The position numbers and the translations under genes were made by a program. Source: Phycisphaeraceae bacterium (lineage in GTDB: Bacteria; Planctomycetota; Phycisphaerae; Phycisphaerales; Phycisphaeraceae). From it: a stretch of DNA of 64,000 bases. The notes below the pieces were generated by a model. The model saw only the letters and a program-made list of their open reading frames with translations, ran no database searches and was not told where the DNA came from. Positions within the stretch are counted from its first letter, which is position 1, and each line of letters opens with the position of its first letter. The DNA is taken from positions 3,328,001 to 3,392,000 of the forward strand of contig OY771506.1 in NCBI GenBank assembly GCA_963674705.1. The letters run 5' to 3'. Shown in pieces: positions 49,237 through 57,125 of this stretch.

Positions 49237-49467
49237 TTAATCGAAGGGGCTGGTGTCGTTATTTTCCGCGTCGCTGCTGACATCACTCCACGCGCCCCGG
49301 ACCCATTCATTGAGCCTGTCACGGAAGACGATGAGCACGGCCAGCAGGGGGATGACGATTGCGCCGATGATCAGCAGTTTTTCCAGGCCTTCAGCGCCCT
49401 TTTCGCAGTGGTACAGACGCTTGAGCGCGTCGGCGGTTTTGGTCAGGCGTGATTTGAGCTGTGTCAT
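49237..49467 (-). CDS. Flp-type pilin
   Basis: G|AEGLE (Glu+5) followed by a hydrophobic helix; RBS GAGG; upstream of cpaA. Confidence 0.8.
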   Translation of the reverse strand: MTQLKSRLTKTADALKRLYHCEKGAEGLEKLLIIGAIVIPLLAVLIVFRDRLNEWVRGAWSDVSSDAENNDTSPFD

Positions 49468-49551
49468 GGGTAGGTCCTCGTTTTAGTGACGGCGGCTAAA
49501 GCCACCTCCGCCGAGGCGGTACAAATTTGTGGGTACGGGCTGGTTTACTTT

Positions 49552-49755
49552 TTACGGAAACGGCAGGGCGTTGAGTGTGGTGATCATCTGGTAGTGCGCC
49601 ATCAACGTATTCAGCGCCATCAGGATGATAAAGTAGCTGGGGATGGCAATGGCTCCCAGCAGCAGGGCCCATTCGATGGTGGTCGCCCCGTTTTGGTCGC
49701 TCAGCAGCTTCCTCAGGTGCTTCCCATATCGGGTTGCCGGCCGGCTACGTTTCAT
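49552..49755 (-). CDS. Flp-type pilin
   Basis: DQNG|ATTIEWALLLGAIAI. Confidence 0.82.
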   Translation of the reverse strand: MKRSRPATRYGKHLRKLLSDQNGATTIEWALLLGAIAIPSYFIILMALNTLMAHYQMITTLNALPFP

Positions 49756-49784
49756 ATCGTCCTATTCTACGCTCGGTTAACAGT

Positions 49785-50894
49785 TTATTCCATCCCCAAA
49801 ATTGGCTTGATCCGGTCGGTAATCAGGCTTCTGTGGTCCGAGCCGAGTCGGCCGCCAAGAGCAGAACGCTCGCCGGTCCAGGCTAATTGCATCTGTTTGT
49901 CCTTGTTGTCGTCTTCGGTCTGCTTGAGGACGAATATATCTCGCAGTTGGTATCGGCCTGCGTCGTCGACCTGCTCGACCTCGCTGATCTGGGTGACCAG
50001 CCGACGGCCGCCGATGTGTCGGCTCATATGTACGACCAGGTCCACCGCCGAGGCGATCTGGCTCCGCAGGGCGAACAGGGGCAACTCGACCTTGCTCATC
50101 AGGGCCATGGTCTCGAGGCGGTTGAGCGTATCGGCGGGGCTGTTGGCGTGGAGGGTGCCCATCGACCCGCCGTGGCCGCTGGTCATCGCCTGGATCATGT
50201 CCAGGGCCTCGCCACCGCGGACCTCACCGATGATGATCCGGTCGGGCCTCAGACGCAGGCTGGAGCGGAACAGTTCCCGGATGGAGACAGCGCCTCGGCC
50301 GTATCGGTCGGGCTGCTGGGCCTCGAGCGAGATCATGTGGGTTTTTTGAAGCTGAAGCTCGGCCGAGTCCTCGATGACGACGATCCGCTGCTCATCCGGG
50401 ATGAAACTGGACAGGGCGTTGAGCAGGCTGGTTTTCCCGGAGCTGGTGCCGCCGGCGACGAGCAGGTTCTGCTCCGCGTTAACCGCGAGCTTGAGGTAGT
50501 CCCGGGCCTGGGCGGTGATCGTGCCCAACTCGATCAGCCAGTCGATGTCGAGCACCATCTGGCTGAACTTGCGGATGGCCATGGTCGTGCCGAAACGGGC
50601 GCAGGGGGCCTTGGCGACGTGGACACGCGAGCCGTCGGGCAGGCGGGAATCGACCAGCGGGGTGTTATCGCTGAGCGATCGGCCGGTGAATTGCAGGATG
50701 TTATTGATCGCCGCCTCGTACGCTTCCTGATCGTCGAAACGGGCATCGGTGTGGATGACTTTGCCGTCTTTTTCGATGTAGATTTCGTCGCAGCGGTTGA
50801 TCATGACCTCGGTGACACCGGGATCGTCCAGGTACGCCTTGATCGGCGACAGGTAGTGCTCGACGGTGCGGACGAATAGTTCCTGGGAGGGCAT
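49785..50894 (-). CDS. cpaF: Second TadA/CpaF ATPase (no FHA)
   Basis: [61 protein letters not shown]. Confidence 0.92.
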   Translation of the reverse strand: MPSQELFVRTVEHYLSPIKAYLDDPGVTEVMINRCDEIYIEKDGKVIHTDARFDDQEAYEAAINNILQFTGRSLSDNTPLVDSRLPDGSRVHVAKAPCARFGTTMAIRKFSQMVLDIDWLIELGTITAQARDYLKLAVNAEQNLLVAGGTSSGKTSLLNALSSFIPDEQRIVVIEDSAELQLQKTHMISLEAQQPDRYGRGAVSIRELFRSSLRLRPDRIIIGEVRGGEALDMIQAMTSGHGGSMGTLHANSPADTLNRLETMALMSKVELPLFALRSQIASAVDLVVHMSRHIGGRRLVTQISEVEQVDDAGRYQLRDIFVLKQTEDDNKDKQMQLAWTGERSALGGRLGSDHRSLITDRIKPILGME

Positions 50895-51023
50895 GGGGGT
50901 ATTTTAGCAGTGATCGCGAAAGGGTGATCCCGGGGGATAGAAAAAGACGGAATTGCTGATGTGTAATCGTTAATCGTTAATTTAATCACGATTAGCGATT
51001 AGAGATTCGAGATTAGCGATTAT

Positions 51024-51347
51024 TCAGACCGCTTCGGCGAAGCTCTGGGGGCGGGCGTAGCGGACGGCTACATGCTGGGTGTCGCCGTGGCCGAGGCTGC
51101 GGACGATGGTGGCTTCGACGAAGTCTTCGGTGGTGAGCATGCCACGGGTGGGGTTGGAGACGATACCGATCTGTACCTTCTGGCCGGTGCAGAGCAATCG
51201 TGGGTAATCGAGCATGAGCATGGCCCCGCCGTCGGAGACGTTGTCGGTGGTCCCGGCGATGTACCGGCCAGCGGACTGGTCACACTTGATCTTGACCGGG
51301 TGCTGAGCAGGGATGCGTGGATCTCGGCGTCGTTCAGGCGTGGTCAT
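51024..51347 (-). CDS. Single-domain PilZ protein
   Basis: ERRRDPR (RxxxR) and NVSDGG ((D/N)xSxxG); start set at ATG 51347. Confidence 0.85.
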   Translation of the reverse strand: MTTPERRRDPRIPAQHPVKIKCDQSAGRYIAGTTDNVSDGGAMLMLDYPRLLCTGQKVQIGIVSNPTRGMLTTEDFVEATIVRSLGHGDTQHVAVRYARPQSFAEAV

Positions 51348-51556
51348 AACGGAATCACCCTCATGGTTAAAGCTGTAGTGTCTGTATCGGTTACACCGGT
51401 GATCGGGCTTCAGCGATCGGGGCGGGACCAGCAATGTAGTGAGTGTGAGTCCGATATTATGTGTGTTTTGATGACGACAGCGTCGGGTTGATCTGCGCAA
51501 ATAAAAACCGCGGCCAAGTGACCGCGGTCTTAGGCTGCTGAAGTGGGCTTTGGGTA

Positions 51557-52306
51557 TCAAGCCGCGGCGGTGCGTTTGACGTTGCGGCGTTTGCGGCCGA
51601 CGGTGCGTTGGTCGCTGGTCATGCGGCGTTCGGGGTTCGCCTGCATCTGTTCGACCAGTTCCGTCGGGTCGTTTGCCCAGAGGTCTGCGCCGATTTCTTC
51701 GGCCAGGCCGTCGGCCCGGTTGAAGATGCCGCCGCCCACGATCACCTGCACTTGTTCGTTCGCGCCAATCTCGTGCATGCGGTCGATCAGCAGTCGTGTT
51801 TCGGGCACGGTGCTGGGCACGGCGCCGAAGATCACGAGCTTGTCAGCCTTGAGTTCGGTGAGTTGTTCGACGACTTCATCGTTGGCGATGCCGCCGCCGG
51901 CGTAGAAGACGGTGTAGCCGTCGGCCTCGAGCAGGTCGGCTGCCATCTGGGCGGCCAGTTCTTCAGACTGCTCTGCGCCACTGACCAGCAGCACCTTGAT
52001 ACCCCGGCGGGACGACTGCTCGAGGCGAAGCTGCATCTGATCGACGAGCTGGCGTAGCAGGCGGGTGGCGTAGTTGTAAGCCAGGGGGGTGAGTTGGTCG
52101 TTTCGGTGCAGGTTCTGGAAGTGTTCGAGTGTAGGCCAGAAGAGGTGGCTGAGGATGCGGGTTGCCGGGGCATCGGCTTGCAGGGCCTCGTCGACGATGG
52201 ACCGAGCGGTGATGCGGTCGCCACTGATCAGACTGGTGAAAAAGCGTTCTTGCAGGACGTTACGTCGACTCGCCATGAGGGATACTCCAACGTCGTTCAT
52301 GGTCAT
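51557..52306 (-). CDS. B12-binding-domain-like protein lacking the DxHxxG motif
   Basis: Helical cap plus Rossmann-like ADLLEADGYTVFYAG, VIVGGG, EIGADLWA. Confidence 0.75.
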   Translation of the reverse strand: MTMNDVGVSLMASRRNVLQERFFTSLISGDRITARSIVDEALQADAPATRILSHLFWPTLEHFQNLHRNDQLTPLAYNYATRLLRQLVDQMQLRLEQSSRRGIKVLLVSGAEQSEELAAQMAADLLEADGYTVFYAGGGIANDEVVEQLTELKADKLVIFGAVPSTVPETRLLIDRMHEIGANEQVQVIVGGGIFNRADGLAEEIGADLWANDPTELVEQMQANPERRMTSDQRTVGRKRRNVKRTAAA

Positions 52307-52762
52307 GGCCCGAAGGCCGGTTCGTCGGCAGCACGTCCTTGTGTCTGCGCTGGTCAGTTCACGGTTCGTCAGGGCCTGGGGCCGAAGTCCGCTCCGATGG
52401 GCTTCCCGGGAGACTTCGCTGTTTGCGAGGTTCCTGGCGGCGACCTGTAATTCATCGGTATTGCGGTCAAAATCCTGTATCCGTAGGTACCCTTAGCAGT
52501 GATCGGACCGTAGTTGTTAATTTGTTGTTTTGAAGGGACTTACGATTTGCTTCTTGTCTGATAATCGCTTGGGGTGTTTTTGGATCGGGTTTTGAATGCG
52601 GATTTTTAAATTATGGGACAGCCTCAAGCCAACGATATAAATCACCGAAGGGCAAATTTTGATTTGAAAAAGACAGTTTCCGGACTCACCAGAGAACAAA
52701 CCCTATTCCAATTCGTCTATGCTTATTGCGGACAGGAAGTCTAGTAAGCAAAGAGGCGAAAG

Positions 52763-53647
52763 ATGAATCTATATAGAACTGAAGTCCGTAACCGGTTCCG
52801 AGGTGTGGTCGTGCTTCTGTTGCTTGGCCTGTTCGTGGCAACAGGCTGCACAACCAACCCGGCGACAGGCAAGAAACAACTGAACTGGTTGAGTGCGGAT
52901 CAGGAGAAGGCGCTTGGTGCTGAGGCTGCGCCCGAGTTTGTTCAACAGTACGGCGGGGACATCCCTTCGCAGAAGGTTCAGAAGTATGTCAGCGACCTCG
53001 GGCATCGCCTGGCGGAAGTCAGCGAGCGGCCGGACCTGGATTGGGAGTTCCACGCGGTGAACTCGCCGGTGATCAATGCGTTTGCTCTGCCCGGCGGGAA
53101 AGTCTTTATCACACGCGGCCTGATGGAGAAGCTCAACAGCGAGGCGCAACTGGCGGGTGTTCTCGGACACGAAGTCGGCCACGTTACCGCGCAACACATC
53201 GGCCAACAGATGACGCGCGCGATGATCATCACCGGCGTCGGTGTCGGGATCGGCGTGGTGGGTGAATATAAAGATGAAGATTGGATGAAGGTGTTAGGCG
53301 TGGGGACGGCTGTGGGCGGGGGCGTGTACATGCTCAGCTTCGGCCGGGACCAGGAAACACAGTCCGATGAGCTTGGCGTCCGATACATGACGCGGCTGGG
53401 TTATAACCCGATCGGGCAGGTGCAGGTGATGCAGGTGCTCAAACGCGCCAGCGGCGGGGGCGGCAAGGGGATGGAGTTCCTCTCGACGCACCCTTATCCG
53501 GATACGCGCATCAAGAACCTCAACAAGCTCATCAAAGAGAAGTATCCGGACTACGACGATCCACAGAAGTACCGTATCTATAGAGACAAGTACAAGCGGA
53601 ACGTGCTGGATGAATTGGAGAAGCTGCCTCCGGCGGAGCAGGAATGA
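52763..53647 (+). CDS. M48 family metallopeptidase lipoprotein
   Basis: ATGC lipobox, NAFALPGG, LGHEVGH, ETQSD, FLSTHP. Confidence 0.92.
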   Translation: MNLYRTEVRNRFRGVVVLLLLGLFVATGCTTNPATGKKQLNWLSADQEKALGAEAAPEFVQQYGGDIPSQKVQKYVSDLGHRLAEVSERPDLDWEFHAVNSPVINAFALPGGKVFITRGLMEKLNSEAQLAGVLGHEVGHVTAQHIGQQMTRAMIITGVGVGIGVVGEYKDEDWMKVLGVGTAVGGGVYMLSFGRDQETQSDELGVRYMTRLGYNPIGQVQVMQVLKRASGGGGKGMEFLSTHPYPDTRIKNLNKLIKEKYPDYDDPQKYRIYRDKYKRNVLDELEKLPPAEQE

Positions 53648-53651
53648 GTTG

Positions 53652-53740
53652 GATGTTCAATGTTCGAGGTTCAATGTTCAATGTAAATAAGGGGGCAAAA
53701 CCAGACACATTGAACATTACACATTGAACATCGAACATCA
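53652..53740. repeat. Inverted heptamer arrays (TGTTCAA / TTGAACA)
   Basis: Read directly; the same family occurs at 48588-48616 and 61725-61806. Confidence 0.75.
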
Positions 53741-53761
53741 ATCATCACTACAATCTCCCGC

Positions 53762-54619
53762 ATGCCATCCGAATCCCCTACACCCGCCTGGAGCGATGAC
53801 GACCTTCGGGCAGACGCGAATCCGCATGCTGAGGCCGATAAAGCCAAGCGTGTGGAGCAGATGTTTTCAGCGATCGCGCATGCATATGACCTGAACAATC
53901 GGCTGCACTCGATGTGGCGCGACCAGGCCTGGCGGCGAGCGGCGGTGCGGATGGCGGAATTGAAGCCGGACGATGTGGTGCTGGATGTGGCGTGCGGGAC
54001 GGGTGATCTTACATTTGAGTTTGGTAAAGCTCTGCGTGAGTTAAATAAGCCGGACACATTCGATATGGGGCAGGTGGTCGGAGTTGACTTTACTCATGCG
54101 ATGTTGGTTCATGCCAAGGATAAAGCTAGAAGTATTCCATGGCCATGGCTACCTAAAGTCAGCCTCTCCAATCCTGTGTTGGTAAATCCAGCCAGATTCA
54201 ATACCGCGGTGGGATTAACCCGTGGAGATGCGATGCGCTTACCGGTCGCGGATAAGAGCGTGGACGTCATCAGTATCGCCTTTGGCATCCGCAATGTCGC
54301 TGATCCGTTGGCCGCGATGGGTGAGTTCTATCGCGTGCTTCGGCCGGGCGGGCGTGTGATTATTCTGGAGTTCAGCACGCCGACGAACCCGGTGATTCGT
54401 TTTTTTGATCGGATCTATCGTGAAAAGGTGATGCCGATCACCGCCAGCCTGATCGCGCGCGACAAGAGCGGGGCGTACAAGTACCTGCCCAAGAGCGTCA
54501 GTACGTTCATCGATCGTGCCGGGATGGTGGAGATGATGCAGACGGTGGGTTTCAAGGACCCGACGATCAAACCGCTGACGTTCGGCGTGGCGGTGTGTTA
54601 TCGAGGTATGAAGACGTGA
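53762..54619 (+). CDS. ubiE: UbiE/MenG class I SAM methyltransferase
   Basis: MFSAIAHAYDLNNRLHS, LDVACGTGD, GDAMRLP, AFGIRNV, RVLRPGG, AYKYLPKS. Confidence 0.9.
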   Translation: MPSESPTPAWSDDDLRADANPHAEADKAKRVEQMFSAIAHAYDLNNRLHSMWRDQAWRRAAVRMAELKPDDVVLDVACGTGDLTFEFGKALRELNKPDTFDMGQVVGVDFTHAMLVHAKDKARSIPWPWLPKVSLSNPVLVNPARFNTAVGLTRGDAMRLPVADKSVDVISIAFGIRNVADPLAAMGEFYRVLRPGGRVIILEFSTPTNPVIRFFDRIYREKVMPITASLIARDKSGAYKYLPKSVSTFIDRAGMVEMMQTVGFKDPTIKPLTFGVAVCYRGMKT

Positions 54620-54675
54620 ACCGAGCCGCGTCGCCCTCGACGCGGTCCGCCGTGAGGGCACGGCGGCTCGGACGG
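54619..54675. repeat. Hairpin family H (second copy 55204-55260 with inverted core)
   Basis: AA-CCGAGCCG-[35 nt]-CGGCTCGG-ACGG at both sites. Confidence 0.85.
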
Positions 54676-54803
54676 AACAAGCGTGGCAGGGTGTCGTTAA
54701 GAAGGGTGTAGGGTGAAGAAAGTGAGGGGTTGATTCTTATTCAGATTGGGGGACAATAGAGTCATCGATCTTGTCGGGTCAATTCAAGTAAAGGGGGCAA
54801 ATC

Positions 54804-55160
54804 ATGGGTAGCCGTAAGGAACCGCTGGATACGCACAACGTGGTGTATATGGCGCTGCTGGCAGCGCTGGCGTTTTTCTACATCATTGGGGCAGTGATGT
54901 TTTTGCTTATTGTCCGTAGCTCGGATACCCCACCGGAGTCACGGTGGGTATTTCAGATGACGCTGTTTATGGAGTTCGCATACGTGGCTGCGATGGTGGC
55001 AACGCTGATATTGCGTGGTGTCAGTTCCAAGGTGGGCCGCGTCGCAACCTTGGCGATGAATATCATCCTGTTGCCCTTGATCCCGTTTGGCACGGCCCTG
55101 GGGATTTATGGGCTGTGGAAGGTGGACAAGGTGAGGAAGCAAGCTGAGTTGCCGGGGTGA
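54804..55160 (+). CDS. Small membrane protein (3 predicted TM)
   Basis: 118 aa hydrophobic ORF, PFGTALGIYGLW; RBS AGGGGG. Confidence 0.75.
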   Translation: MGSRKEPLDTHNVVYMALLAALAFFYIIGAVMFLLIVRSSDTPPESRWVFQMTLFMEFAYVAAMVATLILRGVSSKVGRVATLAMNIILLPLIPFGTALGIYGLWKVDKVRKQAELPG

Positions 55161-55360
55161 TGGGGATGATGCAGACGGTGGGTTATCGAGGAATAAAAGC
55201 ATAAACCGAGCCGCCGCGTGCTCACGGCGGACCGCGTCGGGGGCGACGCGGCTCGGACGGGTTATATGTGGTGGTGGGAAGGTGTAGAGTTTGGGGGGGG
55301 GGTAAAGACAGAAAGACATCAATCCGTTTAGCGGGCGATCGTGGATTGCCGGGTGTGGTA

Positions 55361-55684
55361 CTACTTTTCATACGGTGTAAATTGGATCGAGTAAGCATGT
55401 GGCTTATCGCGTGGAGGCTGCTCAGGCTCAGTTTCATACAATTGTATTTTTCCATCGACCTTGAAACCGATTTCAAACCCAATCGTCTTAGCCATATCAA
55501 TTGCTTCATCTTCAGAAGTCGACCACACTTTCATTGCCATCCAAGCACGCCCGGACCGAGATGTAAAACCTTCGGCCATATCCCCCGCGATGCCATCAGC
55601 AATCAGCGTGTAATGGGTATAGGGCGTCTTCAAGCGGCCATACTTCAATTCGAGTTTCCAATGTTGAGCAAATCCGTCAGACAT
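55361..55684 (-). CDS. Hypothetical protein (AT-richer)
   Basis: MSDGFAQHWKLELKYG...; start set at ATG 55684. Confidence 0.65.
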   Translation of the reverse strand: MSDGFAQHWKLELKYGRLKTPYTHYTLIADGIAGDMAEGFTSRSGRAWMAMKVWSTSEDEAIDMAKTIGFEIGFKVDGKIQLYETEPEQPPRDKPHAYSIQFTPYEK

Positions 55685-55835
55685 CGTTGTAAACCAATCA
55701 CTAAAAATGTAATGATGAGATGCTATCAAGTTGAGCAGGATTGCACTGCGCTTCGCTTCGTGGCGCCTTCGGCGTGAACCTGCGGCTGGCGTCGGCTGCG
55801 CCGCCACTCCTCAGAACCGAATCCGTCGCTCAATC

Positions 55836-55874
55836 CATGAAAAAACCCGCCACTTTGGGCGGGCTTTTTTCATG
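55836..55874 (-). terminator. Terminator downstream of tRNA-Pro
   Basis: CATGAAAAAACCCGCC-loop-GGCGGGCTTTTTTCATG. Confidence 0.75.
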
Positions 55875-55876
55875 AA

Positions 55877-55950
55877 TCGGGGCGACAGGATTTGAACCTG
55901 CGGCCTTTCGCCCCCCAGACGAACGCTCTACCAAGCTGAGCTACGCCCCG
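55877..55950 (-). tRNA. tRNA-Pro (GGG)
   Basis: CGGGGCGTAGCTCAGCTTGGTAGAGCG...TTCGT-CTGGGGG-GCGAA...GGTTCAAATCC...CGCCCCGA; CCA not encoded. Confidence 0.95.
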
Positions 55951-56121
55951 TCGGCGTTGAATCTAAGATTTTAGCTGGCCTTGGGGTGTGTCGCAAGCTG
56001 TACGGATTGACCGGAATAGGCTTGGTTCGGCCCCTTCTCCACGAGTGAGTCTCGGAGACTGTTAGGGTGAGGATCGGGTTGATTACGCGCTCGTTGATAA
56101 ACCGGCTACAACCAAGCACTG

Positions 56122-56157
56122 GCCCTCACCCCGGCCCTCTCCCGGGGGGAGAGGGGG
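56122..56157. repeat. Palindromic repeat family A (reverse orientation)
   Basis: GCCCTCACCCCGGCCCTCTCCCGGGGGGAGAGGGGG. Confidence 0.85.
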
Positions 56158-56173
56158 TTAGAATCTTGAAGTC

Positions 56174-57073
56174 TTATAGGTTGCGGAATGCTGCCAGGCT
56201 GTTGACGAAGTCGTCGGGGATACCGAAGTCGTAGCGCTTGGCGTCGGTGACTTCGAGGGCTAAATAACCTTCGCGTTGGCGTTGGAGTTCCTGGGCTCTG
56301 GTGAGTTGGAATTCGCCGTTGTCGCGGGTGTTGTTGCGGATCATTTCTTCGAGGATGTCGTAGATGCTGGGTGCGAGCAGGTGCATGCCGAACCATCCTA
56401 ACCAGGTGTTGGTGGGGAGGTTGTCGACGTGCAGTTTTTGTTTGGCATCTTCGATGGATGGTTTTTCGATGATGAGTGAGATGTCGATCAGTTGGGGATT
56501 GTCGGGGAGGCGGGTGCCGGCGATGGTGCCGTAGCCCTTGAGTTCGTCGGCGCTGATTCGATTGACGGCAGAGACGCTTCGGCCGTTGGAGACAGAGGCC
56601 ATGCTGGCGAGTTGAGCGTAGGGGCTGGTGGTATTGCCGCGGAACAGGTGATCGCCTAGGCAGAGCAGGACGGGGTCGCCATCGGCGAAGCTGTGTGTCT
56701 GGTAGACGGCGTGGCCGTAACCTTCCTGGGTGGTTTGCTCGACGAAGCAGATCATGTCGGCGAACCGACGCATCTGTTTGGCTTCTTCAGCAAGCTCGGG
56801 GTACTTGGCCAAGCGTTTGAGGTAATCGTCACTTGGGCCGTTGAGATAATTGTTGACGAGCTTGTCTTCGCCGGGCTGGACGATGATGCAGATCTTCTCG
56901 ATGCCTGCGGCTTCCATTTCGATCAGGTGGTAATGGAACAGCGCGCGTGCGATGCCATCCTTGCCCACGACGGGGAAGAGTTCTTTCTTGACCGCGTGTG
57001 ATGCGGGGAAGTGTCGCGTTCCGAGGCCCGCGATGGGGATGACGGCTTTTCGGATGATGGATTGTGCTGGCAT
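56174..57073 (-). CDS. Sugar-1-phosphate nucleotidyltransferase (GalU-like)
   Basis: KAVIPIAGLGTRHFPASHAVKKELFP, GYGHAV, LGDHLF, IEKP, GEFQLT, RYDFG. Confidence 0.88.
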   Translation of the reverse strand: MPAQSIIRKAVIPIAGLGTRHFPASHAVKKELFPVVGKDGIARALFHYHLIEMEAAGIEKICIIVQPGEDKLVNNYLNGPSDDYLKRLAKYPELAEEAKQMRRFADMICFVEQTTQEGYGHAVYQTHSFADGDPVLLCLGDHLFRGNTTSPYAQLASMASVSNGRSVSAVNRISADELKGYGTIAGTRLPDNPQLIDISLIIEKPSIEDAKQKLHVDNLPTNTWLGWFGMHLLAPSIYDILEEMIRNNTRDNGEFQLTRAQELQRQREGYLALEVTDAKRYDFGIPDDFVNSLAAFRNL

Positions 57074-57125
57074 GGACGGTTGGGTCTTGCTGAACGTGAT
57101 TGTGTGATGAAAGGCGTGACGCTTC

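Noticed and set aside
52310..52520. Cobalamin riboswitch upstream of the B12-binding-like gene
   Set aside because: Only an isolated GGGAAG; the other conserved B12-element blocks were not found by eye (an Infernal scan would settle it)
55237..55247. TCGGGGGCGAC as an att copy of the tRNA-Pro 3' end
   Set aside because: Short, imperfect and fully explained as part of hairpin family H
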